Assembly (NCBI RefSeq): GCF_001194135.2
Contig: NC_068998.1
Coordinates: 28,881,162 to 28,945,161, forward strand
Reading direction: 5' to 3'
Length of the DNA: 64,000 nucleotides
DNA from: Octopus bimaculoides
Taxonomy: Eukaryota
A program made the translations under genes and the position numbers. How positions within the stretch are numbered: position 1 is the first letter of the stretch; every line of letters begins with the position of its first letter. This document shows, in pieces, positions 10,811 through 24,612 of the stretch. The notes beneath the pieces are model-generated. The model had not been told where the DNA came from. It saw nothing but the letters and a program-made list of their open reading frames with translations, and ran no database searches.

Positions 10811-11689
10811 TATTATTGAGGTTGACTAGTTCTAATGAACATGAATGGTTTTTGAGAATTCTGAATGTATTTCAAATGTAACTGAAAGAAATAATATTCA
10901 TTCTGGATTTTATTTTGTACACAAATTTTTTATTTTAATTATTTAGAAGTCTGCTCCATACCAGGGTAAAACAACATGGTGATCTTTTTCTTTCAACTAA
11001 TTCCAATTGCTTTCAATGTGTAATTTTATATCAATAATAACCTCTTGTTTTATAGGAACCACTGTTCAATATAACAATGAACAGAGCGAGACAGTTGCTG
11101 TACAAGAAAAAAAAAAAAAAGCAAATGCAAAAATGAATACTAAGCACAGAGACTTTCTAATTGCAGGAAATGAATAAATAAAAAGAAAACTGACGCTGTT
11201 GAAAATCAAAACAATAACATTTTAAGCAAAACATTTGACAGCAAGAGTAACATCTTTCACACATGCACACCTCATCAATTGTGTTTTGAATGCAAGTTAG
11301 ACCCATCATTTGCAAGCATACTTTTAAACAAAGGGACTCATGGTATGAAACATTCACAAAGAGAACAAAAACACTGAAGCACTATCTATGAAATGGGTGC
11401 GTCTATTGTTGATTAACAACCAAATTTTAAGTAATATTCTGTTGTAGAAGACAAATTGTATACAAACTGAATGACATTAGAGAAGTAAATGAAGCATTTG
11501 AAATTGAGAAATTTATTGGTTCTGATAAAATTGTGGTCAGATATCTGGTGTTTCACCATATGATATCAACCACCTCATTACAATGTCTATTTGATCCATA
11601 CTTTGTTGCTTATTTCAAAATCTGTAAGAGATTGCCTTTGATGTACATTTCTATGAGAAAGATTTCATGTCCAGTCTCTCAAACTGGAA

Positions 11690-12065
11690 GCAATGTGGCC
11701 GATGGTGGTGTCATGTAACTAGCACCTACACCAGTGGCACATAATAAGCACCTTTCAAGTGTTGGGCCACATGGGGGCAATGACAAATGACTGAGACCTT
11801 CGGCAATATGCTGTTCTTGAGAAGAAGACTCATCAAGCCAAGTGAAATCATAGTCATGGCAGATACTGGTGTCAGACAACTGGCACGTAGCATGCAAAAG
11901 TGCCCATTACACTCTTGGAGTGGTTGATGTTAGGAAGGGCATCCAGCTGTAGAAACCATGCCAAATCAGACTGGAATTTGGTGCAGCCCCTCACCTTACC
12001 AGTCCTGGTCAAACCGTCCAACCCATGCCAGCATATACAATGGAATTTAAATGATGATGATCATC
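11690..12065 (+). mobile_element. RTE LINE 3' end (ORF end + 3' UTR + (GAT)n tail)
   Basis: Encodes AMTND*DLRQYAVLEKK (RTE ORF C-terminus). Followed by ttaggaagggcatccagctgtagaaacc..ccgtccaacccatgccagcat..gatgatgat. Confidence 0.8.
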
Positions 12066-13199
12066 ATCCTCTTCATCAGCAGCAGCAGCCAGAAATTCAA
12101 TATTTTCTTGTGAATTTTCTATATTTAAATATATTTCTCACTTGGTCCTTTTTCTCATAACATTTTAATTAATCAACAGAGCAGGCTAATGATCTCATCC
12201 ATTGCCTAGTTTAACATTACCACCCAAACTTCGGTACCTTTTGGGGAAACCATTGCATTATAATCATTTGAACATGATCCCCAGTCTTAGAATATCTTGA
12301 TATATTGAATCCTGCCTTTGCAAAATATCACTGTTTTTAGAATTTACATATGGAAGTGGTCCTCCAGTAAAGGCTGGCAGCCAGTTAGGGCTGAAGACTA
12401 ACCTTAGGATAATATCCTAGTTAATGGCTAGCCTACCTGCAATCACTGTGCTACTTGCAGAGACTAAATTAATGGTCAGCAGCAACCCATGAGTAGGGAT
12501 TTCCTTTTCACATTAATATCAGATGTTTTGTTAAGGTCACAGGTACTACCCTTTATTTTTTCACTAAGCCATAAAAATAGATGTTATGTGTGAAGCTAGT
12601 GCTTTTGTAAAACCACAATTGTCATGTTCTGTCTATTGTTTGTTGAAGACAGGATTTGCTTTTCAGAATTAATATAGCTTCTATAAACATCCTGCATAGC
12701 ATGTGTGTGATTTTTAATACAGGTAGTTAATGTGAATTTATTGTGATTTGTTACCTAAATTTTTTTATGTATTGTAGAAAAATGTTGCTCATTACCTAAA
12801 AGAATATATGTTAATAGCATTAATGTATACTAATGTTGCCTTTGTTTTACTACTTATGACCTAGAAAACTGTTTCAAAGTTGAAATTCAATATCAGAGAA
12901 TCACTGAGGATGAATGAAACCTCAATCAATAAACACTCTTCAAGGACTATTGAAGAATAGACATTGAATGTAATGAATAGAAATAGTTTTATGCATACAA
13001 CCACATTAACTGTCTATAGCAATACAAAATATGTGTAAACATGTTCTCTCCCTCATTCTGATTTTTTTTCCATAGTTGTATGCATATGTTTGTGTGATGT
13101 GTTTGTGTGTATGTGTGTGATGTGTATGGGGTGTGAAGTAGCCAACTAAATATCTGCTCAAAGTAAAAAACACTCAACTACTTCTCCTAGTCACAAGAC

Positions 13200-14560
13200 A
13201 GGCAACCATTGCCAACTACTGTCCTATCAGATTCTGTGCCAATGTGTCAAATGCAATGGAAACAACACTCAGCAACAACCTTCTTCAATATCATGGATCT
13301 CCTCCCTTCCTAATCACTGTTAGTACCATTAGTGGAGTCTTACTTTCCTATGTTACTCAACCGTGAGCTCTCATTTAGTAATAGTAGTATTGTTGCCATT
13401 GAAATCTGCAAAGATTTCCACTATGTCTGCCACAAACATCTCCTGGTAAAACTGTTTGTCTATTGGCATCAACCATCTCTCATCTCTTCTCTTGACATCT
13501 TACTCTCAGACCACACTGAAGTGCTGATGGAGCTCTCACTGTCACATTTTACCAATGCAGGGATCCCCAAGATTCAGGTTTTACTTCCACATTATGATCT
13601 ACTTACCATCACCTCCAACAATGCCCACTCTTTATTCCTCCCTAACCTTCCATATTCATATATCATCAAAATAGAACCTCGACACCTCATACTAAATCTG
13701 TACTGATTCAATGAGCAGAGGCCTCGAAAACATTTAATGGAGCTGGGTCAATATTGTTTCCTTCAACAGTAAAGGCACAATAATTGCACACGAATAGCAT
13801 ACAACTAAAACCCTCACAGTCACTTCAAATGCTAAGCCTCACTTTTATTGATGATATCCTTTGGAAACAGATGTCCCTAACACAGCAAATTTACTTCTCA
13901 AAGACTGACCTTCTTCAGGGTCAGAAAGTACCCTCATCAACTACTAACTCTTTACAATGCTCCATTGTGGGATACACAATGGAGTATTGCTTCCTCATTA
14001 GGTTTGTTCCTGCTGCTACAGAAACAAACATTCTAGACCACAAAAGAGCCACTTGACTGGTCTGCAGACATACTATTCCTCCTCTCTCTCTTTCCCTATT
14101 TTTTTTGTTGCTACTTCTGTATGTGGTCCATATCCAAGTAGAAGATTGGCCGTGACAGTTATATTATTTCCAAAGTATGCCCTACACTAGACTATGGCTC
14201 ATATATCTGGAACAATGCAGCTGTCTGTATACAAATATTCTGAACACTATCCACAAAATCTGATTTCCAGGCAAAACTTCATGTACCAGTACACTACGTT
14301 CACTTTCTAACATATGTACTAGACTTTCTCTGTGCCTCTTCTGTCATCATAACACTCTCTGCTCTGAAATAGTTAGCTATGTATAATATGTACCAAAATC
14401 CGATTGATGCATCTGTCTTTCTTCCTATTGTTATCCCTAATGTACCTCATCCCAAAGACCAGACAATGTTTTCTCTACTAGTCTAAACCTACTGAAGATC
14501 AGGCTAAAATCAATTCCATTAACCTCATCTATATGAATAAATAACAATGAGACATTATTT
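13200..14560 (+). mobile_element. Heavily degraded CR1/L2-like LINE, RT and 3' region
   Basis: DGALS..NAGIP(Q)..VLLP..DLLTITSNNAHS resembles the CR1-type RT core GVPQGSVL..LF..FINDLL..TSNPIHS. Downstream K.KINSINL-type terminus. Confidence 0.65.
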
Positions 14561-14596
14561 GTCACAATTTCTTCTCTGCTCTTCTTATAGCATATT

Positions 14597-14765
14597 CATC
14601 ATCATCGTTTAACATCTGCTTTCCATGCTGGTATAAGTTGGACAGTTTGACTGAGGACTGGTAAGCCAGGAGGCTGCACCAGGCTCCAATCTGATCTGGC
14701 AAGGTTTCTACAGCTGGATGCCCTTCCTAACATCAACCACTCCGAGAGTGTAGTGGATGCTGTAA
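14597..14765 (-). mobile_element. RTE-type 3' tail
   Basis: catcatcatcgtttaacatctgctttccatgctgg..gtttctacagctggatgcccttcctaac. Confidence 0.85.
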
Positions 14766-15059
14766 TTTTGTCAATTATTTATGATAATTGGATTTCTGGC
14801 TCACATATAGAGATAGTGTGAACAAAGATTGTATTTTTTTTAAAGTTGTAATTATATCAGGTGTGATAAAAATTATAATTAGAGATAATCTGCATGGGAT
14901 TTATGAGTGTCCATCCAATTGGCAAATTTTAATGACCACATAGTTTATAAAATAAATAAGCATTTGGTGAATAAAGTGATGATGAGGAAATAGTGTTCTG
15001 AAGACCCATTGTATAAACCGATGTTTTAATATCTACATTTCAAGCTTGCATGACTCAGA

Positions 15060-15280
15060 TAAGATGTTGGGATAGTGTTATTTAAGGTTAGATGCCCTTC
15101 TTGACACACTACCCCTCACTTGTTTCCCTACAAGATAACAATCACTGAGTCTACTGAACAACAAACATTCCAGACATGTTTATGCGGAGAGCTGGGAACA
15201 AATGACACTGTTTGTACGACCCTTTAGTTTACAATCAGAAAAACCATGTGAAGACAAGGGGAAACACAAATGCACTCACA
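15060..15280 (-). mobile_element. Degenerate copy of SINE family C (RTE-tailed)
   Basis: Loose reverse-complement match to 61790-61950. Confidence 0.55.
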
Positions 15281-15313
15281 CACATACAAATATACTTATA
15301 TGCATAATATATA

Positions 15314-16196
15314 CTGGGTGCAGTGAATATATTATCGTCTAAATTACACAAAAATGAAAATAACATTGACATCTCATTTTAACAGATATATTTACCAAAA
15401 TTACATAAAAATACCATGAAATACTAAAGAGTAAATTTATTTGATAAAATCGCCATTGACTTCAACCACGGTCTCCAGATGACTTTGGAATCTTTAGCAA
15501 CTCTTCTGGACGGTTGCCTTGTTTAAGTTGGTGAATGTTGCCATAATCCTTGCCTTCAGTTCATCTTTGGTATTACAAGTTTTGTTGGTCTCTCACTCAA
15601 CTGTGCCCCACGCATAATAGTCAAGGGGGTTGCAGTCTTAGGCGTTAGGTGGCCAGATGTTAGGGGTGATGTGGTCACAGAAATTGTCTGACAGCCACGA
15701 CTGGGTTCTCCTGCTTGTGTGGCATGGTGCAGAGTCCTGTTGCCAGACATAGAGTCTAACACTAGCCACCCTCTTAACACAGGGCAGCACTACCTCCTCC
15801 AGGCACTTGATGCCGGCCTCTGTGTTGAGTGTGAGACCATGTAGGAAGATGAATGGAAGCATAATATCGCCATCACTGGTGATAACCCCAAACACCATGA
15901 TGCTGACTGGATGTTTGATTTTTATCACTCTCAGTACATGTCCTCCGATTGCACTATCCTTAGATTGACACCCAAACACTCTGAAATGTTTATATTGGAA
16001 CTTCCAGCATGAATGCCAAGTAGCACAGCATATCATTTCCAAATTTCTGGCAGAGTGAATTGCATCATGGTGCTGTTTTTCTCACAGACAGTGCCCAACT
16101 GACTCTACTGTACTGTGTAGTTGACAAAATCAAAAACAAATATGCATGCATGAAATTAAAAATATAAAGTGGTGACAATTTACTCATCGCACCCTG
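15314..16196 (-). mobile_element. Internally deleted maT (DD37D) Tc1/mariner element
   Basis: Imperfect TIRs (CTGGGTGCAGTGAATATATT / CAGGGTGCGATGAGTAAATT) flanked by TA. Minus frame VWQQDSAPCH..WPPNA*DCNPLDYYAWG has 37 residues between the two Asp. The N-terminal HTH is joined directly to the KHPVSIMVFG block. Confidence 0.9.
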
Positions 16197-16336
16197 TATA
16201 TATATGTATGTGCATATATATGTATGTGTATGATTATGTATGTCTATGCATATGTATATGTATGCATATGTATATCTATATCTATATATATTTTTGTATT
16301 TGCTTATATATATATATGTATATGCATATGTGTGTC

Positions 16337-16414
<78 letters not shown>

Positions 16415-17099
16415 TTAAAGTTTATTTGCCAACATAACGTGGCATTCCTGCACAGGACTATGTCATTACTTTTTAACCCCAGGAAAACAACTTTTCCCGC
16501 TGGTTTACAAATTAATCAGACTTGTCTTCTTCCATATAGCTCCATTCACAGTTCATACACAGTTCCTAACATTTAACCAGTTTTGGAACATATTCTAGAA
16601 CATGTGCAGTTCTCATAGTGGATTTTTCTTTGATTTTTTTTATTACCTTTCATTTGAAATTGGCAACCTTTTAGGACAGAATTGAAATTTAGGAACAGAA
16701 GTAAGTCTGCATAAAGGAATAGGGCAGATGAGGCACCAAAGTCATTTTGTGTTTCACCAAAAGTTACAGATAAGGAGTATTGCATGGTAAAGTGCACTGT
16801 TGAGGTGCAGAATACAGGTTTTGTCTGTCTGTGCCTTAGGCCACTTCTCTCATCTTGCCTCTCTCAAGCACGTAACGACATTCAAGCAAAATGATTGATG
16901 GTCTGGCTCCATGGAACAAGCTGAGGATGAATGATGCCCTACTAATAAAAAGGAATAAAAATTTCTTCTTCTGAATGACTCATACATTTCATCAACATTC
17001 AAACAATCAAATAGATCTTGACTGACTATGGCACATAATTCTCTTTTTGCTTATCTTTCTGTAAACACAGCACAAATCCTTCTTCAATTTCTCTTTTAA

Positions 17100-17640
17100 A
17101 ATCGAGTGGCACAAATTTTTACAGATGTATAAATTTTTTGGAAACTTTGCAATTTGTCAACAATTTTTATACATCACAGCATGCAGATACATGATGTAAT
17201 CATCATTTGTAGCCATGAAAGATTCTCCAGATTTGAGGTTCTCTTTGGTCAATATTGTTTCTGATTGAAACATTGGTACCCCACTTATCATTACTTATGA
17301 CTCAAACAATCCTCTACATAGGCTGGCTGCAGTATTAGAAAAGTCTCCATAAAAGTGTTTCTGAATTTGAAACAAAATTTCACATAAACACATTGTTCTT
17401 CCAAATCCTTCATTCTTTTTAACTTGCAACGACTCAACAAAACTCTGAGCATATATTCTCTCTTAAATGTGTTAGCTGATGACTAACAAACATGGCATGA
17501 TGTTACAGTTATTTCACTGCAATTATGAACATGCTGGTAAGTGGTGTTACCGCATCTGCTAGTGAACATTGACATGTGAAAGTATGTATGGAACAAGCTC
17601 TATACTTTTGGTAGTAATTATTTGTCCATGATTGCCATGC
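17100..17640 (-). mobile_element. Old mariner N-terminal (HTH) remnant
   Basis: Minus frame VKFCFKFRNTFMETFLILQPAYVEDCLS resembles mariner KFCFKLGKTFTETF.ML..AYG..CLS. Confidence 0.6.
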
Positions 17641-17879
17641 ATTTCATCTGTTTCAAAACAGCAATCTTTGTAAACATGTATGACAAGAGAAAGGTTATTA
17701 CACAAAGATCATTTTGTATTCAATATCATAAACAGTTACAAAAATAGAACACAATGTTCAATTGTTAATAATGTAATGTAGTTATATGCCATCTTTCACT
17801 CTCAGGTAAATTGGATGTCTTCTCTTAATACCATTCTGATGAAACTGTTTGCTGTTAAAGCTTATGAACTAGCAGTATT

Positions 17880-18030
17880 TAGTTAGGACACTTTATATTC
17901 TGAGTCGAAATCTTGCCACAGTCGCTTTTGCCTTTCATACTTTCAGGGTTGAAAAATAAAGTACCAGTCAAGTAGTGGGGCCAGTGATACTGATTAAACC
18001 CACCCACTCAAAATTACTGGTGCTATCTTG
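17880..18030 (+). mobile_element. SINE family A, degenerate
   Basis: attctgagtcgaaatcttgccacagtcgcttttgcctttcatactttcagggttgaaaaataaagtaccagtc. Confidence 0.7.
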
Positions 18031-18139
18031 TAATCAGGAATAATCATTTATAGAAAATAATTATATTTCATTTTTACCCTGAGACATATATTTTGAGTGG
18101 AATGGAGCTATTTGATAAAGTGTGGATATATATATATTT

Positions 18140-18323
18140 ATTTATTCTTTTATTCTTTTATTTGTTTCTGTCATTTGACTGTGGCCATGCTTGAGCACTG
18201 CTTTTAGTTCAGTAAATCAACCCCAGGACTTATTCTTTGTAAGCCTAGTACTTATTCTGTCAGTTCCTTTTGCTGAACCGCTAATTTACAGGGATGTAAG
18301 CACACCAACATCCGTTGTCAAGC
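18140..18323 (-). mobile_element. SINE family B, runs into gap
   Basis: ttttattcttttatttgtttctgtcatttgactgtggccatgcttgagcactgc..aaccccaggacttattctttgtaagcctagtacttattc. Confidence 0.8.
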
Positions 18324-18756
18324 NNNNNNNNNNNNNNNNNNNNNNNNNNNNNNNNNNNNNNNNNNNNNNNNNNNNNNNNNNNNNNNNNNNNNNNNNNNNN
18401 NNNNNNNNNNNNNNNNNNNNNNNNNNNNNNNNNNNNNNNNNNNNNNNNNNNNNNNNNNNNNNNNNNNNNNNNNNNNNNNNNNNNNNNNNNNNNNNNNNNN
18501 NNNNNNNNNNNNNNNNNNNNNNNNNNNNNNNNNNNNNNNNNNNNNNNNNNNNNNNNNNNNNNNNNNNNNNNNNNNNNNNNNNNNNNNNNNNNNNNNNNNN
18601 NNNNNNNNNNNNNNNNNNNNNNNNNNNNNNNNNNNNNNNNNNNNNNNNNNNNNNNNNNNNNNNNNNNNNNNNNNNNNNNNTATATTTCATCAAAGTAACC
18701 AGTCTTACAAGGCAAATACTAATATATATGTGGGGGGGGGGGTATATATATATGTG

Positions 18757-18955
18757 ATCTTTTATCTTCTATCCTTTGCCTATCTCAATCATTGAATTGC
18801 AGCCATGCTGGGGCATCACACTGAATGATTTAGTCAAACAGATAAATCCTAGTATTTATTCTTTAATCTCATACTTATTCTATCTATCTCTTTTGTCAAA
18901 CCACTAAGTTACAGGGACCAGTTGTCAAGTAGTGATTGGTACAAACACACACTCA
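18757..18955 (-). mobile_element. SINE family B, older copy
   Basis: gcagccatgctggggcatc..catacttattctatc..ctcttttgtcaaaccactaagttacaggg. Confidence 0.7.
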
Positions 18956-19156
18956 AAGGCACACACACATAGACACATGTGCAGACACACTCATACACAC
19001 TCTTACACACACACAAGTTAATTTGGATAGGTCCCCATGTATGGAGAACAACTTAAATACTTATATGTGTGTGTGTGTGTATTTATATATATGTATGTTT
19101 ATAGAGAGCATTTGCCATATTTCATTCCACATTGACTATCTCTGATGAGCATAGGG

Positions 19157-19512
19157 TTACATAATCGTATTAGCGAATGGAGAATCATAATTTTGCAGCA
19201 GGTAGCACTTGAAATGGATGCATTGTCTGAATATTTCTTGATGTTTATTCAGCAAGCCAGGCCTAGTATATACATTAAGTATTCTGGCTCGCTCAGCGAT
19301 GCAGATCTTGCAGTGCCCACTCCTATTAGTATAGGGGCCCAGTTGTTCTATGATCTTCCATCTGATATCATATGGGGTCTTTTGATCCCTGAGGTGTTAC
19401 ACATGGTTGGCCATGGACATGATGAAAACATCTTTCTGTGACCCTGAAAGATGACCGGTGGTAGTAGAAGTGTTACTTGAAGGCTGTGCTAGCAGATCCA
19501 ATGTATTTACAG
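19157..19512 (-). mobile_element. 5'-truncated Penelope-like element, GIY-YIG C-terminal region
   Basis: Minus translation KYIGSASTAFK*HFYYHRSSFR, frameshift, MANHV*HLRDQ, frameshift, TPYDIRWKIIEQLGPYTNRSGHCKICIAERARILNVYTRPGLLNKHQEIFRQCIHFKCYLLQNYDSPFANTIM*. Confidence 0.85.
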
Positions 19513-19514
19513 GT

Positions 19515-20115
19515 TTGGTAAAAGGGAAAAAGCTCAACCACAACTGAGAAGGGAACTTCATGGAAAAAATGGTTCTCCTCTCTATCTGGTGGGATTGCAA
19601 AGGAGTAATTCACTTTGAATTGTTATCACCTAATGCAACAATCAATGCTCAAGTCTACTGTCAGCAATTAGAATGTTTGAACCAAGCTTTGAAGAAAAAG
19701 AATCCACTTTAGTGAATCAAAAAGGAGTTATGTTTCATCAGGACAATGCGCAACCCCACACTGCAAAGATCACATCACAGAAGATCGAAGAGCTTGGTTG
19801 GGAAAAAATTCCTCATCCACCTTATTCTCCCGACCTTGCTCCTTCAGATAACCATTTCTTTCGCAGTTTACAGAATCATTTCAGGAACATAACTTTCGCA
19901 AGCCAGGAGGAGGTCGAAACTGACATTTCAGAGGTCTTCGCTTTGAAACCAAAAGAGTTTTACATTGATGGTATTAAAAAGCTTGTGAATGGATGGAAGG
20001 AAGTCATAGATAATCAGGAAAAGTACATTGATGATTAAATTTCAATTAAATATAACATTTGATCACTTGTTTTCTTTATTCAAAATTCGGATAGAACTTA
20101 TGGGATGACCTGATA
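19515..20115 (+). mobile_element. mariner (DD34D) 3' half with right TIR
   Basis: RELHG/MVLLSIWWDCKGVIHFELL..YCQQL, frameshift, GVMFHQDNAQPH..HPPYSPDLAPSDNHFFRSLQ (34 residues between Asp). Stop at 20038; TIR cggatagaacttatgggatgacctgata followed by TA. Confidence 0.92.
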
Positions 20116-20489
20116 TATAAGACTTTAATTCTATTTCATAGAAAACATGCATTTGTGTTGACGACTATAATACACTTCTGTGTATTGTCCTTTGAACCTA
20201 AACCTACTCACATAACCTGGCTTTCTTACTTCTAATGGATCACCACATCTAGTTTTAATTCTAAATTTCTCATTTTTTATTTCTGTATTATCAGCCACAT
20301 TAGTCACTTTATTTTCATTAAAAAATTTTTTTTTATTGCTTAACTATTTTTATTCTCTTCTGAGCCTCTTTCAGCCTTAATCAACCCATCCTTATCTCTA
20401 TTACTTAAAATGTATCTTTTATTTGTAATTCATATTTCTTTGTGATATCAGATTCTCTTCAAAAAAGAGTAGAAAACATTGAATAATGT

Positions 20490-20790
20490 GGTTCCAGAGA
20501 CTCTTAAACAAAGAAGATGGGCAATGTTGAACTATCTCTTTCATACATACGTTCAATCAGAGTTAACCTGGAGCTAAACAACAACAAAATATCAGAATTG
20601 TCCAACTAATGTGGAAGCCTTTGACTGGTTAGAAATAGCAGCTAAATTTTCCTCAAATCACCTACTACCATCTTAATATGAAAGGATAGGTTGGACGTTG
20701 TAGTTGAAATGATGGCATAGTCCCATGTGAAATGCCTTTGATCGTGTCTCTTCCATCAGAGTCAAGTTGGTGTTGACAACAATAACAACA
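20490..20790 (+). mobile_element. Two tandem degenerate copies of SINE-like family D
   Basis: gaaatagcagctaaat..ctcaaatcac.ctaccatctt..gaatgcctttgatc..(caa)n. The same motif occurs at 63050 (+) and 23260-23420 (-). Confidence 0.55.
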
Positions 20791-23254
20791 AAATCAGAAT
20801 GGTCATGATTTACTAAGAAGAAAAGTAAAATTACAGCTCTGAATGATTTTGTGGTACACTCTACTAATTACATTACAAAACAGATCAAAAATTTTCATAT
20901 TATAATACAAAAGGCATTACTGAATTGTGCTTTTATGTTTCATGTTATACCTGTACACTTATTATCATGACTTAGCTATATTAAAAATATAAAACATATG
21001 TCTCTGTTTATAACTTAGAAATAACAACATATGTTGGTAAATCATTGTATAATATTACAAATGTAGTTCTTCATATCATTTTGTACTGCTGTGTCAATGT
21101 TTAGCTGGTAATTCATTGATTCTCTGGGAAAAAAAAGGCTAAGGTAATATTTTTAAAAAAATCAATGATCAGCCTTGTGCATGTTTATATCATGTTGATC
21201 ATGATTGAACAAATCCTAGAATTCAGAAGTAAATGACAGTGAAAAGATTTATTTGCTTTCACTAAACATGGAAACTTCATATTGTATTTTTAGCTTTGTT
21301 TTTATTTATGCTAATGAAACTGAAACAGTAATAATAATGTTTGGCACCTAAGGATTTTTTGTAAAAACTAATCTAATTTATGAAATGAAGTCTGTTAAGT
21401 ACATTTTGTGTGGTTGCATCAGTGTTGACATTTCTTTAACTAGGCAAGAGTTTATCATTTTAATGAAGTCTTAAAAGTCTTATATTTTTCTGGTGGAACA
21501 GACACACAGGTTAGAAACACAAGTTCTAGAATATTTTGTGTGCTAATGAGTATCTGACTAACTGGGCTTATAGTATATGAATTAATGAATTCCATCTGAC
21601 TTTCATGCCTCTGAAGATTCAAGATAGATATTTAGATATTTGTATAATAGTCAAGAATAATGACTAGAGTTCAAGGAGACTAATGATTGTTTGTGCTGTG
21701 ATGAATACCTGAAAAATATATAAAGCTAAGTAGAGAATATTGGTTGGTCATAATAAGAAAGCAAGTTTAATAATCCTGAGAGTCATTTGATGAAAGACTA
21801 TCAAGATATTAAATGGTATTTTGTGCTCAAGGCATGATTCTTTATGCATGCACCATTATACTCAATTTTAAATTAATTACCTTGCTTAATTTCTCAGTTA
21901 CTGTATATATAAATGTAAATGTAAAATTTAGACATGCAAGCCTCTTAATAGTTATCTATAAACATTTTCTTTTGGATAATTAACACATAGTATTATATAG
22001 GTGTTGTATTTCTTGTTCTAGATAACAATATTGTAATCTTGAAATGTAAGAATACACAAATGGTATATTTTAACATTGATCTTCTACCAGTTTCTGAGGG
22101 CTGTAGTCACGAAATAGATCAACATCATCAGTTTCATCGTTAATTATATATACCAACATATATCCATATGTGTGTCTAAATTGATTTCGAAATATCACCT
22201 AACCCTTCAATTATCTACCTTCACTTTTTTCTCTTTTTATAATCAGTTTATAGCACCCTTTCACTTCCCACATGTGGTTTTTTTGGTAGTTTTTCTCACA
22301 GATACCTTTCTTCCAATTTTTATTTCACCTCCTGTATTTTTAATTGTTGTTTTTCTCTTTAGATGTCTGGACACATACTTGTCCTGTCTGCAGACATCCT
22401 TTCCTCTCTCACTTTTCTTTCTCTGTCTTTTCTTCTGCTTTTCTGTCCCATTTTTCTTTTCTTTTTCTCTTCATGAAAAGATTAGGGTTGCTTTACTAAT
22501 CTTATACTTAAAGCAATCCAAAATACCAACAGAATTCTATATTTTAATAATCAGTCTTATAATTCACTTACAATCAATATATCATTTATAATTTGTTCTT
22601 TTGTTGCTACAGTCCATCTGCTTTCCTTGCCTACATTTCCCTTTCATACTTCTTAAATATTCATCATATAATCTCTTCACACACACAAAATGCCCACACA
22701 TATTCCAGTCATAGCACTGATTAAGGTACTGCTGAGCATTACTATGACTACCATTTCCATTGTCTGGTCCTTTAACTTAAATTCTTTGTGACTGTTCAGC
22801 CATACCCTTAAAACAGTTAATAATGGGGCGACTATTGATAGTTATCAGAAACAACACACTACGGCTTAATGTGATTTCTTACATGAGAGTCTGACGTTGC
22901 TTCTTTATCAGAATGTCTAAACACTCCCCTTAAATTGCTTTTCTTTACTGACTCCTATTTGATCAATTCCATGAGAAAATTTCTCTGTTGGCCTGGTAAC
23001 ATGTATTTGATACATTATTGACAGTTGGCACACTTAACCCGAATTTTATATTTGTTGAATAATCTCTTTTATTAATATTTTCTAAGCAATTGTTCTTTCC
23101 AACTTCTTTCTTTAATTAAATACGGTTACATTGTTATATAGATATACTTTCCTCTTATGACATGTTGTTCTGCATAACACCACCACTCTGCCTTACAACT
23201 CATTGTCATTTTCCTTTACGACTGAGCTTGAATACACAACTGGAAAGAAGAAAA

Positions 23255-23420
23255 GGCACTGATACATGATAAAGTGATAAATTGTTTAGACCCAAGTCAA
23301 CTTGATAAACAAACCTATCATCAAATGCATTCCAGCCATGACCGTTCTGTCTTTTTATGAATATATAGGATGGCATTTTTTTTCCTGTGATAATGTAGTG
23401 AGATTGAAGAGAGATTTTGC
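23255..23420 (-). mobile_element. SINE-like family D
   Basis: Reverse complement of the 20630-20790 motif (gatttgaagagagattttgctgctatt; caaatgcattccagccatgacc). Confidence 0.55.
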
Positions 23421-24612
23421 TGCTATTAACCATGTAGTGGTATAGATGCATTATGAAAAATCTACTTCTCATGTTCACTGGTGTAAATCAGGAATTGTAA
23501 CTGTGACAATGTAATAAATACAAAATATAAAAAAACATAAATATAATACCGAAATGAACAATTGTTTATCGGGAAATGTGTTTCCCTAATGATTAAATTA
23601 ACAGCATTATTGTTAACAAAGATTAGACCAGTTATATGTGATATACCACTTAAGGAAAATATAGAGCTGATATATAGGATTTACAAAGAAATTATTCAAC
23701 AAACTAAAACTGTTGTAGGTAGGGACAGTATTAAGATGGATGAGGGCAATAAGTTGCAAGTAAAGGTAGAGTAACTTTATGCTGTTGAAGTCCTGAGTTC
23801 AAATCTTAGGTTCAATAGAATAGACACCATTAATATTCTGAAAATGATACTATCAACTATATCAGCTTTCCCATAAAAACTGAACAATAATGATAATAAT
23901 AATGAAGGATAGCAATGACAATGATGATAATGGCAGTGGTAGCAGCAGTGGCGACTTTGAAAGTTTACAGATAGAAGTTGGTGTAGAGTCATGTGAGTTG
24001 GTCTACAGTTAGTTTACAGATATGGAAGTTAATCTTACATCAAATTAATACCAAGAAACCAGCCTGATACCATATCAAATGCAACAACGTTATCTCAGAA
24101 AAAGTTGATGTCATTCAGTACCTCCTATAATGCTAAAATGAATTCAGAACATTCCCTCAAGTGTTGTATCACCTCTGTCCCTTTAAGTTTTCTTCTTGAT
24201 TCTTGAGCATCTGTTTCCATATCTACCATTTAAATTCTCTCATTATATTTGATGGAAATATATATTTTACTATTTTACTACTATAGTTTTCAACCTTTAT
24301 TTTTCCCCATGTTTTTAGCTCAGGTATATTGCAAAGAGGCCAGAAGAGAAATGATTGTTGTTATTTACTATAGCTTTCTATAATGATAGACAACTTACAT
24401 TTCTCTCTTTCAAGAATCTTTATAAATTGCACATTAGTCCCACATACAGATGAAGAGTCACACTTAAAAGACATCCAAACAGAGAACCATTTATTTTACA
24501 TGATTAATAATGCTAGTGTTCTGTAGTATTTTATATTTTATTTAATTTTTTTAGTGTTTTGACCATCAAAGTTAAGGCCATAAGTCGATTATTCTACAGA
24601 GTGATTTGTTTG

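Noticed and set aside
19100-19200. CTGATGAGC on + strand next to the PLE 3' end, as a possible PLE hammerhead
   Set aside because: It is antisense to the PLE ORF, GAAA is replaced by GAAT and helix II does not pair. The sense-strand alternative needs several assumed mutations.
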